A stretch of 64,000 nt of DNA, taken from NCBI GenBank assembly GCA_965218585.1, contig CBDCLE010000003.1, positions 286,125-350,124 on the forward strand, in the 5' to 3' direction. The position numbers and the translations under genes were made by a program. Positions 34,042 through 46,679 of the stretch are shown here, in pieces (the stretch's first letter is position 1; each line of letters starts with the position of its first letter). The DNA comes from Terriglobia bacterium (lineage in GTDB: Bacteria; Acidobacteriota; Terriglobia; 20CM-2-55-15). A model generated the notes under the pieces. That model had not been told where the DNA came from. It did no database searches and saw only the letters and a program-made list of their open reading frames with translations.

Positions 34042-36138
34042 ATGCCCCGAGTCGTACCACTAGAGAGAACCCGAAACATCGGCATCATGGCCCACATCGA
34101 TGCCGGTAAGACGACGACGACCGAACGGATTCTCTACTACACGGGAATCAACTACAAGTTAGGTGAGGTGCACGAAGGCACGGCCACCATGGACTGGATG
34201 GAGCAGGAGCAGGAGCGTGGAATCACCATCACCTCGGCTGCCACGACATGTTTCTGGAACGATTTCCGAGTCAACATCATCGATACACCGGGTCACGTCG
34301 ATTTTACGGCCGAAGTCGAACGTTCTCTTCGCGTACTGGATGGAGCGGTAGCGGTTTTCTGTGCGGTCGGTGGTGTCGAGCCCCAATCCGAAACAGTGTG
34401 GCGACAGGCAGACAAGTACCGTGTCCCGCGGATTGCTTTTGTCAACAAGATGGATCGATCCGGGGCGGATTTCGATAATTGTGTCGAGATGATGCGGACC
34501 CGGTTGCGGGCAAATCCCGTTGTAGTGCAGATACCGCTCGGCAAGGAAGACAAGTTCCTGGGCGTCGTCGATCTCATCAGCCAGAAAGCCATTGTCTATT
34601 CGGATGAGACGATGGGCGCCGAGCAAGAGTTAACCGACATCCCCGAAGAAATGAAAGAAGAGGCCGCTTCGCGTCGGGAGAAGCTCATCGAAGCTGCCAG
34701 CGAGGCGGATGAAGGTTTGTTCGAAAAGTTCGTCAACGGAGAGGAAATCAGCGAGGACGAACTCAAGACGGCGGTCAGGCGTGCAACGATTGAAATGAAG
34801 ATGACGCCGGTCCTATGTGGTTCGGCCTTTAAGAATAAAGGCGTTCAACCGCTACTCGATGCGGTCGTAGACTACCTTCCTTCCCCTCTCGACGTACCCG
34901 CAGTTACCGGCTTTACTCCGGACCGATCCTCAGAAATCATCCGAAACGCCGATGACTCAGAGCCGTTTGCAGCGTTGGTTTTCAAGATCATGTACGACCC
35001 TTTCGTCGGGCAACTGGCGTTTTTCAGAGTGTATTCGGGGCATATAAATACCGGATCGCATGTTTTGAACACCGCGAAAGATAAACGTGAACGCATTGGT
35101 CGCCTGTTGAAGATGCACGCAGACAAGCGCGAAGAGATAAAAGGCATCTATACCGGGGATATTGCGGCAGCTGTTGGATTGAAGACCGTCACAACGGGGG
35201 ACACGATCTGTGCCGACGGGGCGCCTATTCTTCTCGAAGCCATGGATTTCCCGGAGCCGGTCATCTCCGTTGCCATCGAGCCCAAAACGAAAGCCGACCA
35301 GGAAAAAATGGGGATGGCGCTGGGAAAACTGGCTCAGGAGGATCCCACATTCCGGATCCATACCGACCAGGATACCGGGCAGACGATCATTTCCGGGATG
35401 GGGGAGTTGCACCTGGAGATCATCGTCGACAGGATGCTGAGGGAATTCAGCGTCGGCGCAAACGTCGGTAAGCCGCAGGTTTCATTCAAAGAGACAATTC
35501 GCAAGGCAGCGGAAGCCGAAGGTCGCTACGTTCGGCAGACCGGTGGCCGGGGCCAGTACGGCCACGTGAAGATCTCGATCGAACCCGCCGAATCCGGGAC
35601 GGGTCTGGAGTTCGTCAATGCCATCGTCGGCGGCTCTATCCCAAGAGAGTTTATCAAGCCCGTAGAACAGGGGATCACCGAGGCGATGACCGCCGGCATT
35701 TTGGCGGGATACGAGATGCGTGACCTGAAGGTCACGTTGTTTGACGGGTCTTACCACGATGTGGATTCCTCGGAAATTGCGTTCAAGATCGCGGGATCCA
35801 TGGCTCTCAAGGAAGCATGTCGAAGGGCGTCTCCCGCCTTGCTGGAGCCCGTTATGCAAGTCGAAGCGGTTCTCCCCGAAGAGTACCTCGGGGATGTAAT
35901 TGGAGATTTGAACTCTCGCCGTGGACACGTGGAAGGTATGGAGACACGTCAGGGAACTCAAATCGTTCGAGCTATGGTGCCGTTGGCCACTATGTTTGGT
36001 TATGCGACGGATCTGCGGTCGATGACTCAAGGACGCGCAACGTACACGATGCATTTTGGACAATATGCGGAAGTGCCCTCCCAGATCGCTGATGAGATTG
36101 TCGCGAGGGCTCAGGGACGGGAATTCAAACCGGCATAA
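34042..36138 (+). CDS. fusA: Elongation factor G
   Basis: [21 protein letters not shown]. Confidence 0.99.
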   Translation: MPRVVPLERTRNIGIMAHIDAGKTTTTERILYYTGINYKLGEVHEGTATMDWMEQEQERGITITSAATTCFWNDFRVNIIDTPGHVDFTAEVERSLRVLDGAVAVFCAVGGVEPQSETVWRQADKYRVPRIAFVNKMDRSGADFDNCVEMMRTRLRANPVVVQIPLGKEDKFLGVVDLISQKAIVYSDETMGAEQELTDIPEEMKEEAASRREKLIEAASEADEGLFEKFVNGEEISEDELKTAVRRATIEMKMTPVLCGSAFKNKGVQPLLDAVVDYLPSPLDVPAVTGFTPDRSSEIIRNADDSEPFAALVFKIMYDPFVGQLAFFRVYSGHINTGSHVLNTAKDKRERIGRLLKMHADKREEIKGIYTGDIAAAVGLKTVTTGDTICADGAPILLEAMDFPEPVISVAIEPKTKADQEKMGMALGKLAQEDPTFRIHTDQDTGQTIISGMGELHLEIIVDRMLREFSVGANVGKPQVSFKETIRKAAEAEGRYVRQTGGRGQYGHVKISIEPAESGTGLEFVNAIVGGSIPREFIKPVEQGITEAMTAGILAGYEMRDLKVTLFDGSYHDVDSSEIAFKIAGSMALKEACRRASPALLEPVMQVEAVLPEEYLGDVIGDLNSRRGHVEGMETRQGTQIVRAMVPLATMFGYATDLRSMTQGRATYTMHFGQYAEVPSQIADEIVARAQGREFKPA

Positions 36139-36151
36139 AAGCAGAAAGGTC

Positions 36152-36176
36152 GGGCGGTCGGAGACCGTCCCCACAG
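36152..36176 (-). repeat. REP-like palindrome, family 1 (single copy)
   Basis: Minus strand reads GTGG-GGACGGTC-TCC-GACCGCCC; same 19-nt core geometry as the copies near 40440 and 40851. Confidence 0.65.
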
Positions 36177-36203
36177 AAAAGGACATCCACACGAGGAAGC
36201 GCA

Positions 36204-37391
<1,188 letters not shown>

Positions 37392-37403
37392 AAGACTACG
37401 ACG

Positions 37404-37733
37404 ATGCTAAACGAAAAAATTCGCATCCGGCTCAAGGCATACGACTCCAGGATCCTGGATCAGTCCTCGAGCGAGATCGTGGACACGGCGAAACGCACCG
37501 GTGCCAGAGTCGCCGGCCCAATCCCGCTACCGACGGTCATCAACAAGTACACCGTGTTGCGGTCGCCGCACGTGGACAAGAAGTCGAGGGAGCAGTTTGA
37601 AATCCGCACCCACAAACGGTTGCTGGACATTCTCGAACCGACACCTCAGACCGTGGATGCCTTGATGAAACTGGATCTGCCTGCTGGCGTTGATGTCGAA
37701 ATCAAAGCTTTCGGACGAGAACACGGAGTTTAG
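37404..37733 (+). CDS. rpsJ: 30S ribosomal protein S10
   Basis: [20 protein letters not shown]. Confidence 0.99.
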   Translation: MLNEKIRIRLKAYDSRILDQSSSEIVDTAKRTGARVAGPIPLPTVINKYTVLRSPHVDKKSREQFEIRTHKRLLDILEPTPQTVDALMKLDLPAGVDVEIKAFGREHGV

Positions 37734-37766
37734 TAGCGGAGACGGGCCCGTGGGCTCGACTTTCAT

Positions 37767-38393
37767 ATGGTAGACGGACTCTTAGGCAAGAAAATCGGAA
37801 TGACGCAGGTGCTGGATGAGGATGGGCAGGCTGTGCCTGTCACTGTCATCGAGGCCGGCCCATGTGTTGTGGTGCAGCGAAAGACCGTCCAGCGTGACGG
37901 GTACGAAGCCGCTCAGTTGGGTCTGGTTGAATTCGTGAAAGACAAACACGTTCGGAAACCGATGGCGGGACACTTCAAGAAAGCCGACGTGGCACCCGTA
38001 CGTTTTCTCAGAGAAGTAGGTCTCACCGGTGATGATGAGGTGAACACGGGTGACCGGATACAGGTCAACCTATTCAGCCCCAGCGAACGCGTTCATGTGA
38101 CAGGAACCAGTAAAGGGCGCGGTTTCGCCGGAGTGATCAAGCGTCACGGTTTCAGCGGTGGCCGGGCAACCCACGGATCCATGTTTCACCGCGCACCCGG
38201 ATCAATCGGGCAGTCGGCTTATCCCTCTCGGGTACTGAAGGGTACCAAGATGCCGGGCCACATGGGAGCCAAGCGGGTGACGGTTCGAGGGTTGCGCGTG
38301 CACGATGTAGACGAGGAGAAGAACCTTCTTTTCGTGAGGGGTGCGGTACCAGGCCCCAATGGCGGATACGTAGTGGTCAGCAGAACGGGTTAG
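37767..38393 (+). CDS. rplC: 50S ribosomal protein L3
   Basis: [21 protein letters not shown]. Confidence 0.98.
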   Translation: MVDGLLGKKIGMTQVLDEDGQAVPVTVIEAGPCVVVQRKTVQRDGYEAAQLGLVEFVKDKHVRKPMAGHFKKADVAPVRFLREVGLTGDDEVNTGDRIQVNLFSPSERVHVTGTSKGRGFAGVIKRHGFSGGRATHGSMFHRAPGSIGQSAYPSRVLKGTKMPGHMGAKRVTVRGLRVHDVDEEKNLLFVRGAVPGPNGGYVVVSRTG

Positions 38394-38394
38394 C

Positions 38395-39021
38395 ATGCCA
38401 AAGGTTAAAGTAAAGAATCTGGAAGACAAGGTCGTCGAAACCATCGAACTCTCCGACGAAGTGTTTGACGCTCCTGTCAATGAGGGCCTCATGCACGCCG
38501 CCGTCCGCCAGTATCTGGCGAGCCACCGTTCAGGGACGCATTCGACGAAGACCCGCGCGGAAGTAAGGGGCAGCGGACGAAAACCCTGGCGCCAGAAAGG
38601 CTCGGGTCGCGCCCGGGTCGGGGAAGTGCGGAACCCGCTGTGGCGGGCCGGTGGAATCGTATTCGGCCCCAAACCCCGAAAGTATGGGTATGAACTTCCA
38701 AGAAAGATGTTCAGGGCGGCTTTGAAGTCTGCGTTGACTGTGAAGCTTCGGGACTCCGAACTCAGCGTTGTCGATGCCTTCAGTCTGGACACTCACCGAA
38801 CGAAGCCTTTTGCCGAATCCCTCGACAAGTTGGGTTTGAAACGTAAGGTGCTCCTGGTCGATCACGGAGAGAATCCGAACCTCAGGATGGCTTCAAGGAA
38901 CCTGGCAGAGATCAATCTGATCGCGAACCTTCAGGTGACTCCGTATCAACTCTTGAATTCCCGGCATGTCGTGTTTACGAAAGCAGCGATCGAAGGCCTT
39001 CAGGAGGTTCTGACAAGATGA
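38395..39021 (+). CDS. rplD: 50S ribosomal protein L4
   Basis: KPWRQKGSGRAR. Confidence 0.98.
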   Translation: MPKVKVKNLEDKVVETIELSDEVFDAPVNEGLMHAAVRQYLASHRSGTHSTKTRAEVRGSGRKPWRQKGSGRARVGEVRNPLWRAGGIVFGPKPRKYGYELPRKMFRAALKSALTVKLRDSELSVVDAFSLDTHRTKPFAESLDKLGLKRKVLLVDHGENPNLRMASRNLAEINLIANLQVTPYQLLNSRHVVFTKAAIEGLQEVLTR

Positions 39022-39311
39022 GCACCCTCTTCGATGTGATTCGCCGTCCGGTTGTTACCGAAAAAGGGCTCGTTTTGAAGGAAGAAGCGCGGACGCTCTG
39101 CTTCGAAGTGGAGTCCGATGCCAGCAAACAGGAAATCCGCCAGGCCGTAGAGTTGATTTTCAAGGTCAAGGTTGAGGAAGTCCGGACAATGGTCGTTCGC
39201 GGCAAGATGCGTCGCCGTGGTCGCTTTGTGGGATACCAGCCGTCATGGAAGAAGGCTTATGTGACGCTGGCCGAAGGCGAAAAAATGATCGAGTACGGAG
39301 ACGAAATTTAG
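39018..39311 (+). CDS. rplW: 50S ribosomal protein L23
   Basis: [14 protein letters not shown]. Confidence 0.97.
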   Translation: MSTLFDVIRRPVVTEKGLVLKEEARTLCFEVESDASKQEIRQAVELIFKVKVEEVRTMVVRGKMRRRGRFVGYQPSWKKAYVTLAEGEKMIEYGDEI

Positions 39312-39325
39312 GGACCGACACTGAC

Positions 39326-40147
39326 ATGGCCATAAAGAAATTCAAACCGACACCGATGTCGCGGCGATTCCAGGAAGTGATCGATTACAAGCAGGAGATC
39401 ACGACGGACAAGCCCTACAAGCCTCTGCTTGAACCCAAGAAGAGGATCAGTGGCCGCAACAATTACGGGCACCTGACGATCCGGCATAGGGGCGGGGGAA
39501 GTAAGAAGCAGTATCGCGTCATCGATTTCAAACGCAACAAGCCCGGTGTTCCGGCCAACGTAGAAACGATTGAGTACGATCCGAATCGGTCCGCGTTTAT
39601 TGCACTGCTCTCCTATGTGGATGGTGAGAAGCGCTACATCCTGCAGCCCGTGGGACTGAAAGTGGGCATGAAGGTTGTGTCCGGGCCAGACGCAGACATC
39701 CTTGTCGGCAATGCGTTGCCGCTGAAGAACATTCCGCTCGGTACGACGATCCACAATATCGAACTCCGTCCGGGCAAGGGAGCTCAGATGGTGCGTGCGG
39801 CAGGCGGATCAGCCCAGTTGGTTGCCAAAGAGGGCAAGTACGCGCATATCAAATTGCCTTCAGGCGAAGTACGGCTCGTGGCCCTCGAGTGCATAGCTAC
39901 AGTGGGCCAGGTGGGCAATCTGGATCACGAAAACATCAGCCTCGGCAAGGCCGGGCGAAGTCGACACCGCGGCATTCGGCCTACCGTGCGCGGTGTGGTC
40001 ATGAACCCGGTGGACCATCCCCATGGGGGCGGAGAAGGCCGCGTAAAGGGTAACAATCCTATGACGCCCTGGGGCAAACCGACGCTGGGCTATCGGACGC
40101 GCAACAACAAGCGAACCGACAAGTTCATCGTTAAGAGGAAGAAGTAG
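39326..40147 (+). CDS. rplB: 50S ribosomal protein L2
   Basis: [24 protein letters not shown] at 39326. Confidence 0.98.
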   Translation: MAIKKFKPTPMSRRFQEVIDYKQEITTDKPYKPLLEPKKRISGRNNYGHLTIRHRGGGSKKQYRVIDFKRNKPGVPANVETIEYDPNRSAFIALLSYVDGEKRYILQPVGLKVGMKVVSGPDADILVGNALPLKNIPLGTTIHNIELRPGKGAQMVRAAGGSAQLVAKEGKYAHIKLPSGEVRLVALECIATVGQVGNLDHENISLGKAGRSRHRGIRPTVRGVVMNPVDHPHGGGEGRVKGNNPMTPWGKPTLGYRTRNNKRTDKFIVKRKK

Positions 40148-40152
40148 GGTTT

Positions 40153-40434
40153 ATGGCACGATCGGTCAAGAAGGGCTACTTTATCGACGATCATCTGGAA
40201 AAGGCGATTGCGGGCATGAATGCCCGGAATGAACGAAAGGTTCACAAGACCTGGTCCAGACGCTCTACGGTGACTCCGGAGATGGTGGGTCACACCGTTG
40301 CTGTACACAACGGGAAAAAGTTCATTCCCGTTTATGTGACAGAGAACATGGTCGGCCATAAGTTTGGCGAATTCGCGCCGACCCGGACGTTTCGTGGACA
40401 TTCGGCCGGCGGCAAGGCAGTGACACCAAGATAA
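40153..40434 (+). CDS. rpsS: 30S ribosomal protein S19
   Basis: [17 protein letters not shown]. Confidence 0.98.
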   Translation: MARSVKKGYFIDDHLEKAIAGMNARNERKVHKTWSRRSTVTPEMVGHTVAVHNGKKFIPVYVTENMVGHKFGEFAPTRTFRGHSAGGKAVTPR

Positions 40435-40435
40435 T

Positions 40436-40493
40436 GTAGGTGCGGTCTATGACCGCACGCTATCGGATTGTGCGCTCATAGAGCGCACCACAG
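40436..40493. repeat. REPIN-like doublet (REP family 1)
   Basis: GTAG-gtgcggtctatgaccgcac, 11-nt spacer, then inverted gtgcgctcatagagcgcac-cacag. Confidence 0.85.
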
Positions 40494-40504
40494 AAGAAGC
40501 AGGA

Positions 40505-40843
40505 ATGATTGCAAAGGCTACAGCTCGATACATACGCATGTCACCCCAGAAGGTGCGTCTGGTAGTGGATCTGATTCGCGGAAAGAACGTGAACGATGCT
40601 TTGATGACATTGCAGTTCACGAACAAGCGTGCCACCGAGCCGATTGAGAAGGTTGTTCGTTCCGCCGTGGCCAACGCGACGGAGCAATCGGAAACGGTCG
40701 ATGTCGACAACCTGTTCATCGAGAAGGCGTACATCAATGAAGGCCCTCGGCTGAAGCGTATCCGGCCGGCTCCTATGGGAAGAGCCTTTCGCTATCAGCG
40801 GCGGATGAGCCACATCACGATCGAGTTGGGTGAAAAGGAATGA
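40505..40843 (+). CDS. rplV: 50S ribosomal protein L22
   Basis: SPQKVRLVVDLIRG, SAVANA. Confidence 0.98.
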   Translation: MIAKATARYIRMSPQKVRLVVDLIRGKNVNDALMTLQFTNKRATEPIEKVVRSAVANATEQSETVDVDNLFIEKAYINEGPRLKRIRPAPMGRAFRYQRRMSHITIELGEKE

Positions 40844-40844
40844 T

Positions 40845-40934
40845 CTGTAGGGGCGGTCTAAGACCGCACACGTTGATGGAAAGGATGATGAAGGATGTGC
40901 GCTCATAGAGCGCACCTACACTACGCACCTACAG
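40845..40934. repeat. REPIN-like doublet (REP family 1)
   Basis: GTAG-gggcggtctaagaccgcac ... gtgcgctcatagagcgcac-CTAC, followed by a duplicated cgcacctaca. Confidence 0.85.
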
Positions 40935-40951
40935 TAGAGGACAGATAGTAT

Positions 40952-41611
40952 ATGGGTCAAAAGACACATCCATACGGTTTTCGACTTGGGATTACCAAGC
41001 CGTGGAGATCGCGTTGGTTTGCAGCCAAGGATTACGGCAGGCTGCTTCACGAAGATCTGGAGCTGAAGAGGAAGCTCAAGAAGCAACTCGCCCATGCTGG
41101 CGTCAGCAGTATCGACGTCGAGCGGATGGCGAATAACCTTCGGATCACCATCTATACGTCCCGTCCCGGGATCATCATCGGGCGTAAGGGATCGGAGATC
41201 GACAAGCTCAAGGGCGAAATCCAGAAGCAGACCAGCCGTGAGGTCTACATCAACATTCAGGAGATCCACCGACCCGAACTAGATGCGCAGTTGGTTGCCG
41301 AGTCCATTGCGATGCAACTGGAGAAACGGATTGCTTTCCGCAGGGCAATGCGGAAAGCGGTCGATTCGGCGTTGAGATTTGGTGCGAAAGGGATCAAGGT
41401 TCGCGTGAGTGGCCGGTTGAACGGCGCGGAGATCGCGCGGTCGGAGTGGTACCTGCAGGGTCAGCTTCCGCTGCACACGCTCCGTGCGGATATTGATTAT
41501 GGGTTTGCCCAGTCCTATACCACCTACGGCGTGATTGGTGTGAAGTGTTGGACTTACAAGGGGGAGATCCTGTCGAAGGCGCCGCCCAAGCCGGCCCCGG
41601 CCCCACTGTAA
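40952..41611 (+). CDS. rpsC: 30S ribosomal protein S3
   Basis: [25 protein letters not shown]. Confidence 0.99.
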   Translation: MGQKTHPYGFRLGITKPWRSRWFAAKDYGRLLHEDLELKRKLKKQLAHAGVSSIDVERMANNLRITIYTSRPGIIIGRKGSEIDKLKGEIQKQTSREVYINIQEIHRPELDAQLVAESIAMQLEKRIAFRRAMRKAVDSALRFGAKGIKVRVSGRLNGAEIARSEWYLQGQLPLHTLRADIDYGFAQSYTTYGVIGVKCWTYKGEILSKAPPKPAPAPL

Positions 41612-41639
41612 AGCCAGGTTTTTTCGAGGAGTTGTTCGT

Positions 41640-42065
41640 ATGTTGATGCCGAAGAAAGTCAAGTACCGCAAGCAACAGCGCGGTCGGATGAAAGGCAAGG
41701 CCTGGCGCGGGTCGAGCCTGGAGTTCGGAAACTACGGACTGAAGACGCTCGACGCGGCATGGATCACGGATCGTCAGATCGAGGCAGGACGTATTGCGAT
41801 GACGCGTTTCGTTAAGCGTGGCGGCAAAGTTTGGATACGGATATTTCCGGACAAACCCGTGACCAAGAAACCTGCAGAGACACGGATGGGTAAAGGTAAG
41901 GGCGCACCGGAGTACTGGGTCGCGCCTGTGAAGCCGGGTCGGATCCTCTACGAAATGGAGGGCGTTCCGGAAGAAGTGGCCCGCGAGGCCATGCGCCTGG
42001 CTGCTCAGAAGCTGCCGGTTCGGACGAAATTCGTAGCACGTCTGGAACAGGGGACATCTTCATGA
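41640..42065 (+). CDS. rplP: 50S ribosomal protein L16
   Basis: RMGKGKG. Confidence 0.99.
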   Translation: MLMPKKVKYRKQQRGRMKGKAWRGSSLEFGNYGLKTLDAAWITDRQIEAGRIAMTRFVKRGGKVWIRIFPDKPVTKKPAETRMGKGKGAPEYWVAPVKPGRILYEMEGVPEEVAREAMRLAAQKLPVRTKFVARLEQGTSS

Positions 42066-42280
42066 AGTCCACGGACCGTCTCAATAAACTGAAGGATCTT
42101 TCCGAGGAAGAGCTTGAAGACCGGAAGGATGAGATGTCGGAGGAATCCTTCAAGTTGCGATTCCAATGGACAATGGGACAGGCCGAGGCGCTCAAGAAGA
42201 TGCGGGAACTCCGCCGTGATCGGGCACGCGTGCTGACGTTGATCCGTGAGAAGCAGGCCGAACGCGAGAAAGGTGCTTAA
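42062..42280 (+). CDS. rpmC: 50S ribosomal protein L29
   Basis: FKLRFQ and RRDRARVLT motifs; position. Confidence 0.93.
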   Translation: MKSTDRLNKLKDLSEEELEDRKDEMSEESFKLRFQWTMGQAEALKKMRELRRDRARVLTLIREKQAEREKGA

Positions 42281-42318
42281 TTGAGTTTTATGGGTTTTGA
42301 AATAAATATGGCAAGGAA

Positions 42319-42618
42319 ATGGTAGAGGAAACCGTTCAGTCGAAACAGGTCGAGAGTGTACGACACCGGCAGGAGAAGGTTGGCGTCGTCACACGGACCA
42401 AGATGGAGAAGACGATCGTGGTCGAAGTGAGCCGACGCGTGCCGCATCCGCTTTACAAGAGGATCATCACACGCCGGTCGAAGTTCCTTGTCCATGACGA
42501 GGAAGGTAAGGCTCACACCGGCGATATGGTTCGGATCGTTGAGACGCGGCCGGTGAGTAAGCATAAACGTTGGCGTCTTCAGGAGATCGTACAGCCCTCG
42601 TCGACGAGGGGAGTGTAG
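42319..42618 (+). CDS. rpsQ: 30S ribosomal protein S17
   Basis: [25 protein letters not shown]. Confidence 0.97.
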   Translation: MVEETVQSKQVESVRHRQEKVGVVTRTKMEKTIVVEVSRRVPHPLYKRIITRRSKFLVHDEEGKAHTGDMVRIVETRPVSKHKRWRLQEIVQPSSTRGV

Positions 42619-42623
42619 TCGCC

Positions 42624-42995
42624 ATGGGCGTTCAGATGAGAACCATCCTCGAGGTGGCCGACAATTCGGGTGCGAAGAAACTTGCCTGCATATTGCCGTT
42701 GGGTGGTTCGGTAGGAACGAAAGCAGGCCTCGGAGACATCGTGACTGCTTCTGTTAAAGAGGCCGCCCCCGAAAGCAATGTAAAGAAGGGCGCCGTGGTG
42801 AAGGCCGTGATAGTGAGGACGCGCAAGGAGCATCGCCGTCAGGACGGTACCTATATCCGGTTTGATCAGAATGCTGCAGTGTTGATCAACGAGCAACGGG
42901 AGCCCGTGGGTACGCGCGTGTTCGGACCGGTGGCCAGGGAACTTCGTGAGAAGCAGTTCATGAAGATCGTGTCACTCGCTCCGGAGGTGATCTGA
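42624..42995 (+). CDS. rplN: 50S ribosomal protein L14
   Basis: [19 protein letters not shown]. Confidence 0.98.
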   Translation: MGVQMRTILEVADNSGAKKLACILPLGGSVGTKAGLGDIVTASVKEAAPESNVKKGAVVKAVIVRTRKEHRRQDGTYIRFDQNAAVLINEQREPVGTRVFGPVARELREKQFMKIVSLAPEVI

Positions 42996-43321
42996 TGAAG
43001 GCGATTCCTCAGATCAAGAAAAACGACGAGGTTTACGTCCTGCGGGGTAAGGACCGTGGAAAGACTGGCCGAGTGCTGATCGTCCTGCCGCAGAAGAAGC
43101 GGGTCGTGGTAGAGGGTGTTCAGATGATCAAGCGGCACACGCGCCCCAACCCGCAGAAGAACATCAAGGGTGGCATCGTCGAGAAGGAAGCGTCGATTCA
43201 CATATCGAACGTGGCGGTTGTCTGCAAGAACTGTAAGGAACGCACGCGTATCGGTATCACGGTACTAGAAGATGGACGGCGTGAGCGGACGTGCAAGAAG
43301 TGCGGAAACGCCTTCGAGTAG
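42995..43321 (+). CDS. rplX: 50S ribosomal protein L24
   Basis: [17 protein letters not shown]; two CxxC pairs. Confidence 0.97.
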   Translation: MKAIPQIKKNDEVYVLRGKDRGKTGRVLIVLPQKKRVVVEGVQMIKRHTRPNPQKNIKGGIVEKEASIHISNVAVVCKNCKERTRIGITVLEDGRRERTCKKCGNAFE

Positions 43322-43335
43322 GCTGGAGTACGAAC

Positions 43336-43878
43336 GTGTCAAGATTGAGAGAACAATACAGGAGTGAGATCGTTCCTGCTCTGATAAAGCATTTCAAGTA
43401 TCCCAACCCGATGGCGGTACCTCGTCTGGAGAAGACCGTTGTAAATATGGGCCTCGGCGAGGCGATTCAAAACGGCAAGATCCTCGATTCGGCCGTCGAC
43501 GAGCTTGGGCGTATTACTGGTCAACGGCCGATTATTACTCGTGCAAAGAAGTCGATTGCCAATTTCAAGTTAAGAGAAAAGATGGCCATCGGTGCGGCCG
43601 TGACGCTCAGGGGGGAACGGATGTATGAGTTCATCGACCGACTCATCAGCTTAACGCTTCCTCGCGTGCGTGACTTTCGGGGACTGCCGACGCGGTCTTT
43701 CGACGGCAGAGGCAACTACACACTGGGATTGCGAGATCAATTGATATTTCCAGAGATCGACTATGCCAAGGTCGACAAGATCAAAGGCATGAACGTGACA
43801 CTTGTTACGACGGCCAAAACAGATGACGAAGCGAGGGAACTGCTCCGTCTGCTGGGGATGCCGTTTCGTCAACAGTAG
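43336..43878 (+). CDS. rplE: 50S ribosomal protein L5
   Basis: [18 protein letters not shown] start inferred. Confidence 0.98.
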   Translation: MSRLREQYRSEIVPALIKHFKYPNPMAVPRLEKTVVNMGLGEAIQNGKILDSAVDELGRITGQRPIITRAKKSIANFKLREKMAIGAAVTLRGERMYEFIDRLISLTLPRVRDFRGLPTRSFDGRGNYTLGLRDQLIFPEIDYAKVDKIKGMNVTLVTTAKTDDEARELLRLLGMPFRQQ

Positions 43879-43886
43879 GAGATTGA

Positions 43887-44072
43887 ATGGCACGTACATC
43901 GTCAGTAGCTAAGGAAACTAAAGAAAAGAAGTTTGGAGTGCGTTACCGGAACCGGTGTAAGCGGTGTGGGCGTCCCAGGGGTTTTCTGCGCAAGTTTCAG
44001 CTGTGCAGAATTTGTTTCCGTAGCCTTTCTCTGGCAGGCGAGATCCCCGGAGTGGTGAAGTCGAGCTGGTAA
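43887..44072 (+). CDS. rpsN: 30S ribosomal protein S14 (short Zn-binding type)
   Basis: RCKRCGRPR...LCRICFR; 61 aa. Confidence 0.97.
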   Translation: MARTSSVAKETKEKKFGVRYRNRCKRCGRPRGFLRKFQLCRICFRSLSLAGEIPGVVKSSW

Positions 44073-44085
44073 GGACGAAAGATAA

Positions 44086-44478
44086 ATGACTGACCCGATA
44101 GCAAACATGTTGACCCGCATCCGTAACGGATTGCAGGCACGACACGACAGAGTTCAGATCCCGGCCTCGAATCTCAAAGTTGAGATCGCACGGATATTGA
44201 AAGAAGAAGGATACGTCACCAGTTATAAAACTGTGGATGCCGACGGCAAGTCCGCTTTGACAGTGACTCTGAAGTACGGCCCGAGGGGTGAAGATGTGAT
44301 CACGTCACTCACTCGCGTGAGCCGGCCGGGTTACCGCGTCTATGTAGGTAACGAGGACATTCCCAGAGTGCTCGGAGGCCTTGGAATCAATATTCTCAGC
44401 ACTTCCAGCGGCATCATGACGGGTCAGAATGCCCGAAAGAAGGGTTTTGGCGGAGAAGTCCTTTGCGACGTTTATTGA
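44086..44478 (+). CDS. rpsH: 30S ribosomal protein S8
   Basis: DPIANMLTRIRN, STSSG. Confidence 0.98.
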   Translation: MTDPIANMLTRIRNGLQARHDRVQIPASNLKVEIARILKEEGYVTSYKTVDADGKSALTVTLKYGPRGEDVITSLTRVSRPGYRVYVGNEDIPRVLGGLGINILSTSSGIMTGQNARKKGFGGEVLCDVY

Positions 44479-44509
44479 AAGAGGTTGGTCTCGACCTGGA
44501 AAATAAGTT

Positions 44510-45058
44510 ATGTCACGAATTGGAAAACAACCTGTTCCCATCCCTGACAAGGTCAAGGTTCAGATCAGTAAAGGAGAGATTCAGGTGTCGGGGCCGAAGG
44601 GGAACCTGACCAGCCCCGTTCCCGAGGGAATAAGCTGTGAGCAGAAAGATAACGAACTGATCTTTACGCGCAGCGACGACAAGGGGCAGCAGCGCGCCTT
44701 TCATGGCCTGGCGCGGGCACTGGCAGCCAATGCCGTGCAAGGAGTGTCTCGGGGTTTCACCAAGGAACTGGACATCGTCGGTGTCGGTTTCAGGGCTGAG
44801 ACGAGGGGTCAGTCCGTCGTCTTTAGCCTCGGTTTCTCCCATCCGATTGAGTTTCCGATTCCTGACGGTATCGAGGTCAAGGTCGACAAGCAGACACGGT
44901 TGACGATTTCCGGTGTAGACCGGCAGCAGGTCGGTCAGGTGGCCGCGGTTATTCGCAGTCTGCGCAAGCCCGACCCTTACAAGAACAAGGGAATTCGCTA
45001 TGTGGGCGAAGCCTTGAAGAAGAAGGCGGGCAAGACGAGTGGAGGCGCTGCAGCTTAA
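44510..45058 (+). CDS. rplF: 50S ribosomal protein L6
   Basis: [19 protein letters not shown]. Confidence 0.98.
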   Translation: MSRIGKQPVPIPDKVKVQISKGEIQVSGPKGNLTSPVPEGISCEQKDNELIFTRSDDKGQQRAFHGLARALAANAVQGVSRGFTKELDIVGVGFRAETRGQSVVFSLGFSHPIEFPIPDGIEVKVDKQTRLTISGVDRQQVGQVAAVIRSLRKPDPYKNKGIRYVGEALKKKAGKTSGGAAA

Positions 45059-45426
45059 TGGCGGGAATAGCAACACGGTATGAGATTCGAAGACGTATCC
45101 ATAAGCGGATCCGGAAGAAGATTGCGGGTACGGGCGACCGGCCGCGGCTTGCTGTTTTTCGGAGCAACAAGCACATCTACGCACAGGTGATTGATGACCA
45201 AAGTGGTGTGACACTCGCCTACGCAGCCTCAAACGAGGATGAGGCAAAGAAGGATCTTTCCAGCGGCAGCAACATAGAGGCCGCAAAGACCGTGGGCCGT
45301 CTGATTGCGGAACGGGCGAAAAAGAAGGGACTGGCTGGCGTAGTTTTTGATCGTAGCGGCTACATATTTCATGGAAGGGTTCGAGCGCTTGCCGAATCGG
45401 CTCGCGAGGCTGGATTGAAATTCTAA
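45058..45426 (+). CDS. rplR: 50S ribosomal protein L18
   Basis: [28 protein letters not shown]. Confidence 0.98.
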   Translation: MAGIATRYEIRRRIHKRIRKKIAGTGDRPRLAVFRSNKHIYAQVIDDQSGVTLAYAASNEDEAKKDLSSGSNIEAAKTVGRLIAERAKKKGLAGVVFDRSGYIFHGRVRALAESAREAGLKF

Positions 45427-45448
45427 GGAGTTTTGGTGCGAGAAAACG

Positions 45449-45997
45449 ATGAGTAATCCGAGAGCAGGACATCCGAGGTCGGGGAATCCCAGGTCACGCA
45501 ATCCCCGCGAAGATCTAGGCGACGGGCTCACAGATACGGTTGTTTCGATCAATCGTGTGACTAAGGTCGTCAAAGGTGGCAAGAACCTGAGCTTCAGCGC
45601 GCTTGTGGTGGTTGGCGATGAGAAAGGCCGGGTCGGGTACGGCAGTGGCAAAGCCAAAGAGGTGCCTGCGGCTATTCGTAAAGGCATCGAGATCGCGAAA
45701 AAGAGCATGATCAGCGTGCCGATCATCAACAACACAACACCTCATAAGGTCGTGGGTGTATTTGGTGCAGGTCGCGTTCTGCTGAAACCTGCGGCTGAAG
45801 GAACAGGTGTCATCGCTGGGGGCGCCGTGCGCGCCGTCATGCAGGCCGCCGGCATCAACAACATCCTGACGAAGTCGATCGGAACGGCAAATCCTCACAA
45901 CGTTGTGAAAGCCACCTTCGAGGGATTGAAGTCGTTGAAGGATCCCAAGGAAGTGGCCCGCTTGCGAGGCAAGCAGGTTGAGGAGTTGATAGGGTAA
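45449..45997 (+). CDS. rpsE: 30S ribosomal protein S5
   Basis: [17 protein letters not shown]; N-terminal NPR repeats. Confidence 0.98.
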   Translation: MSNPRAGHPRSGNPRSRNPREDLGDGLTDTVVSINRVTKVVKGGKNLSFSALVVVGDEKGRVGYGSGKAKEVPAAIRKGIEIAKKSMISVPIINNTTPHKVVGVFGAGRVLLKPAAEGTGVIAGGAVRAVMQAAGINNILTKSIGTANPHNVVKATFEGLKSLKDPKEVARLRGKQVEELIG

Positions 45998-46194
45998 TGG
46001 CCGGCCGCAAGAAGAAGTCATCGGTGGTGAAGGTCCAGTACTATCGGAGCGCCATAGGATATAGCAGGGACCAGAAACGTGTCGTGATCGGGCTCGGACT
46101 GAGGCGATTGAATTCGGTACGCGAGCTCAAAGACACCCCCGATGTCCGCGGAATGATCGCGAAGGTGCCGCACCTGGTTCGAGTCGTCGAATAG
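45997..46194 (+). CDS. rpmD: 50S ribosomal protein L30
   Basis: [20 protein letters not shown]. Confidence 0.95.
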   Translation: MAGRKKKSSVVKVQYYRSAIGYSRDQKRVVIGLGLRRLNSVRELKDTPDVRGMIAKVPHLVRVVE

Positions 46195-46214
46195 GAAGTA
46201 TCGAAGGATAGGAA

Positions 46215-46679
46215 ATGAGTGGAATCAACGAATTGAGACCGAATCCTGGTGCTACGCGCCAGAGGAAACGGATCGGTCGGGGCATGGGCTCCGGTACCGG
46301 TAAAACAGCCGGGCGAGGCCATAAGGGACAGCGTTCGCGTTCGGGATTCCATTCGAAACGAGGATTTGAGGGTGGCCAGATGCCACTGCATCGGCGTTTG
46401 CCCAAACGCGGCTTCACGAACGCCATCTTTAAGAAACATCATTCGACCGTCAACGTGGGTGATTTGGTGCGGTTGGGTGAGGTCGAGGCGGGAGCGAGGA
46501 TAGGTGGAGAAGAACTTGTAGCTGCCGGAATCGTACGCAAGTTGGAGAAGGATGGTCTGCGGGTCCTGGGCATGGGCGAGATCGAACGCCCCTTGCACGT
46601 CGTAGCACAACACTTTACAAAAGGTGCCGAGGAAAAAATTACAGCCGCTGGCGGGAAGTGTGAAGTTATAAGCTCGTGA
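46215..46679 (+). CDS. rplO: 50S ribosomal protein L15
   Basis: GRGHKGQRSRSG, FEGGQMPL. Confidence 0.98.
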   Translation: MSGINELRPNPGATRQRKRIGRGMGSGTGKTAGRGHKGQRSRSGFHSKRGFEGGQMPLHRRLPKRGFTNAIFKKHHSTVNVGDLVRLGEVEAGARIGGEELVAAGIVRKLEKDGLRVLGMGEIERPLHVVAQHFTKGAEEKITAAGGKCEVISS

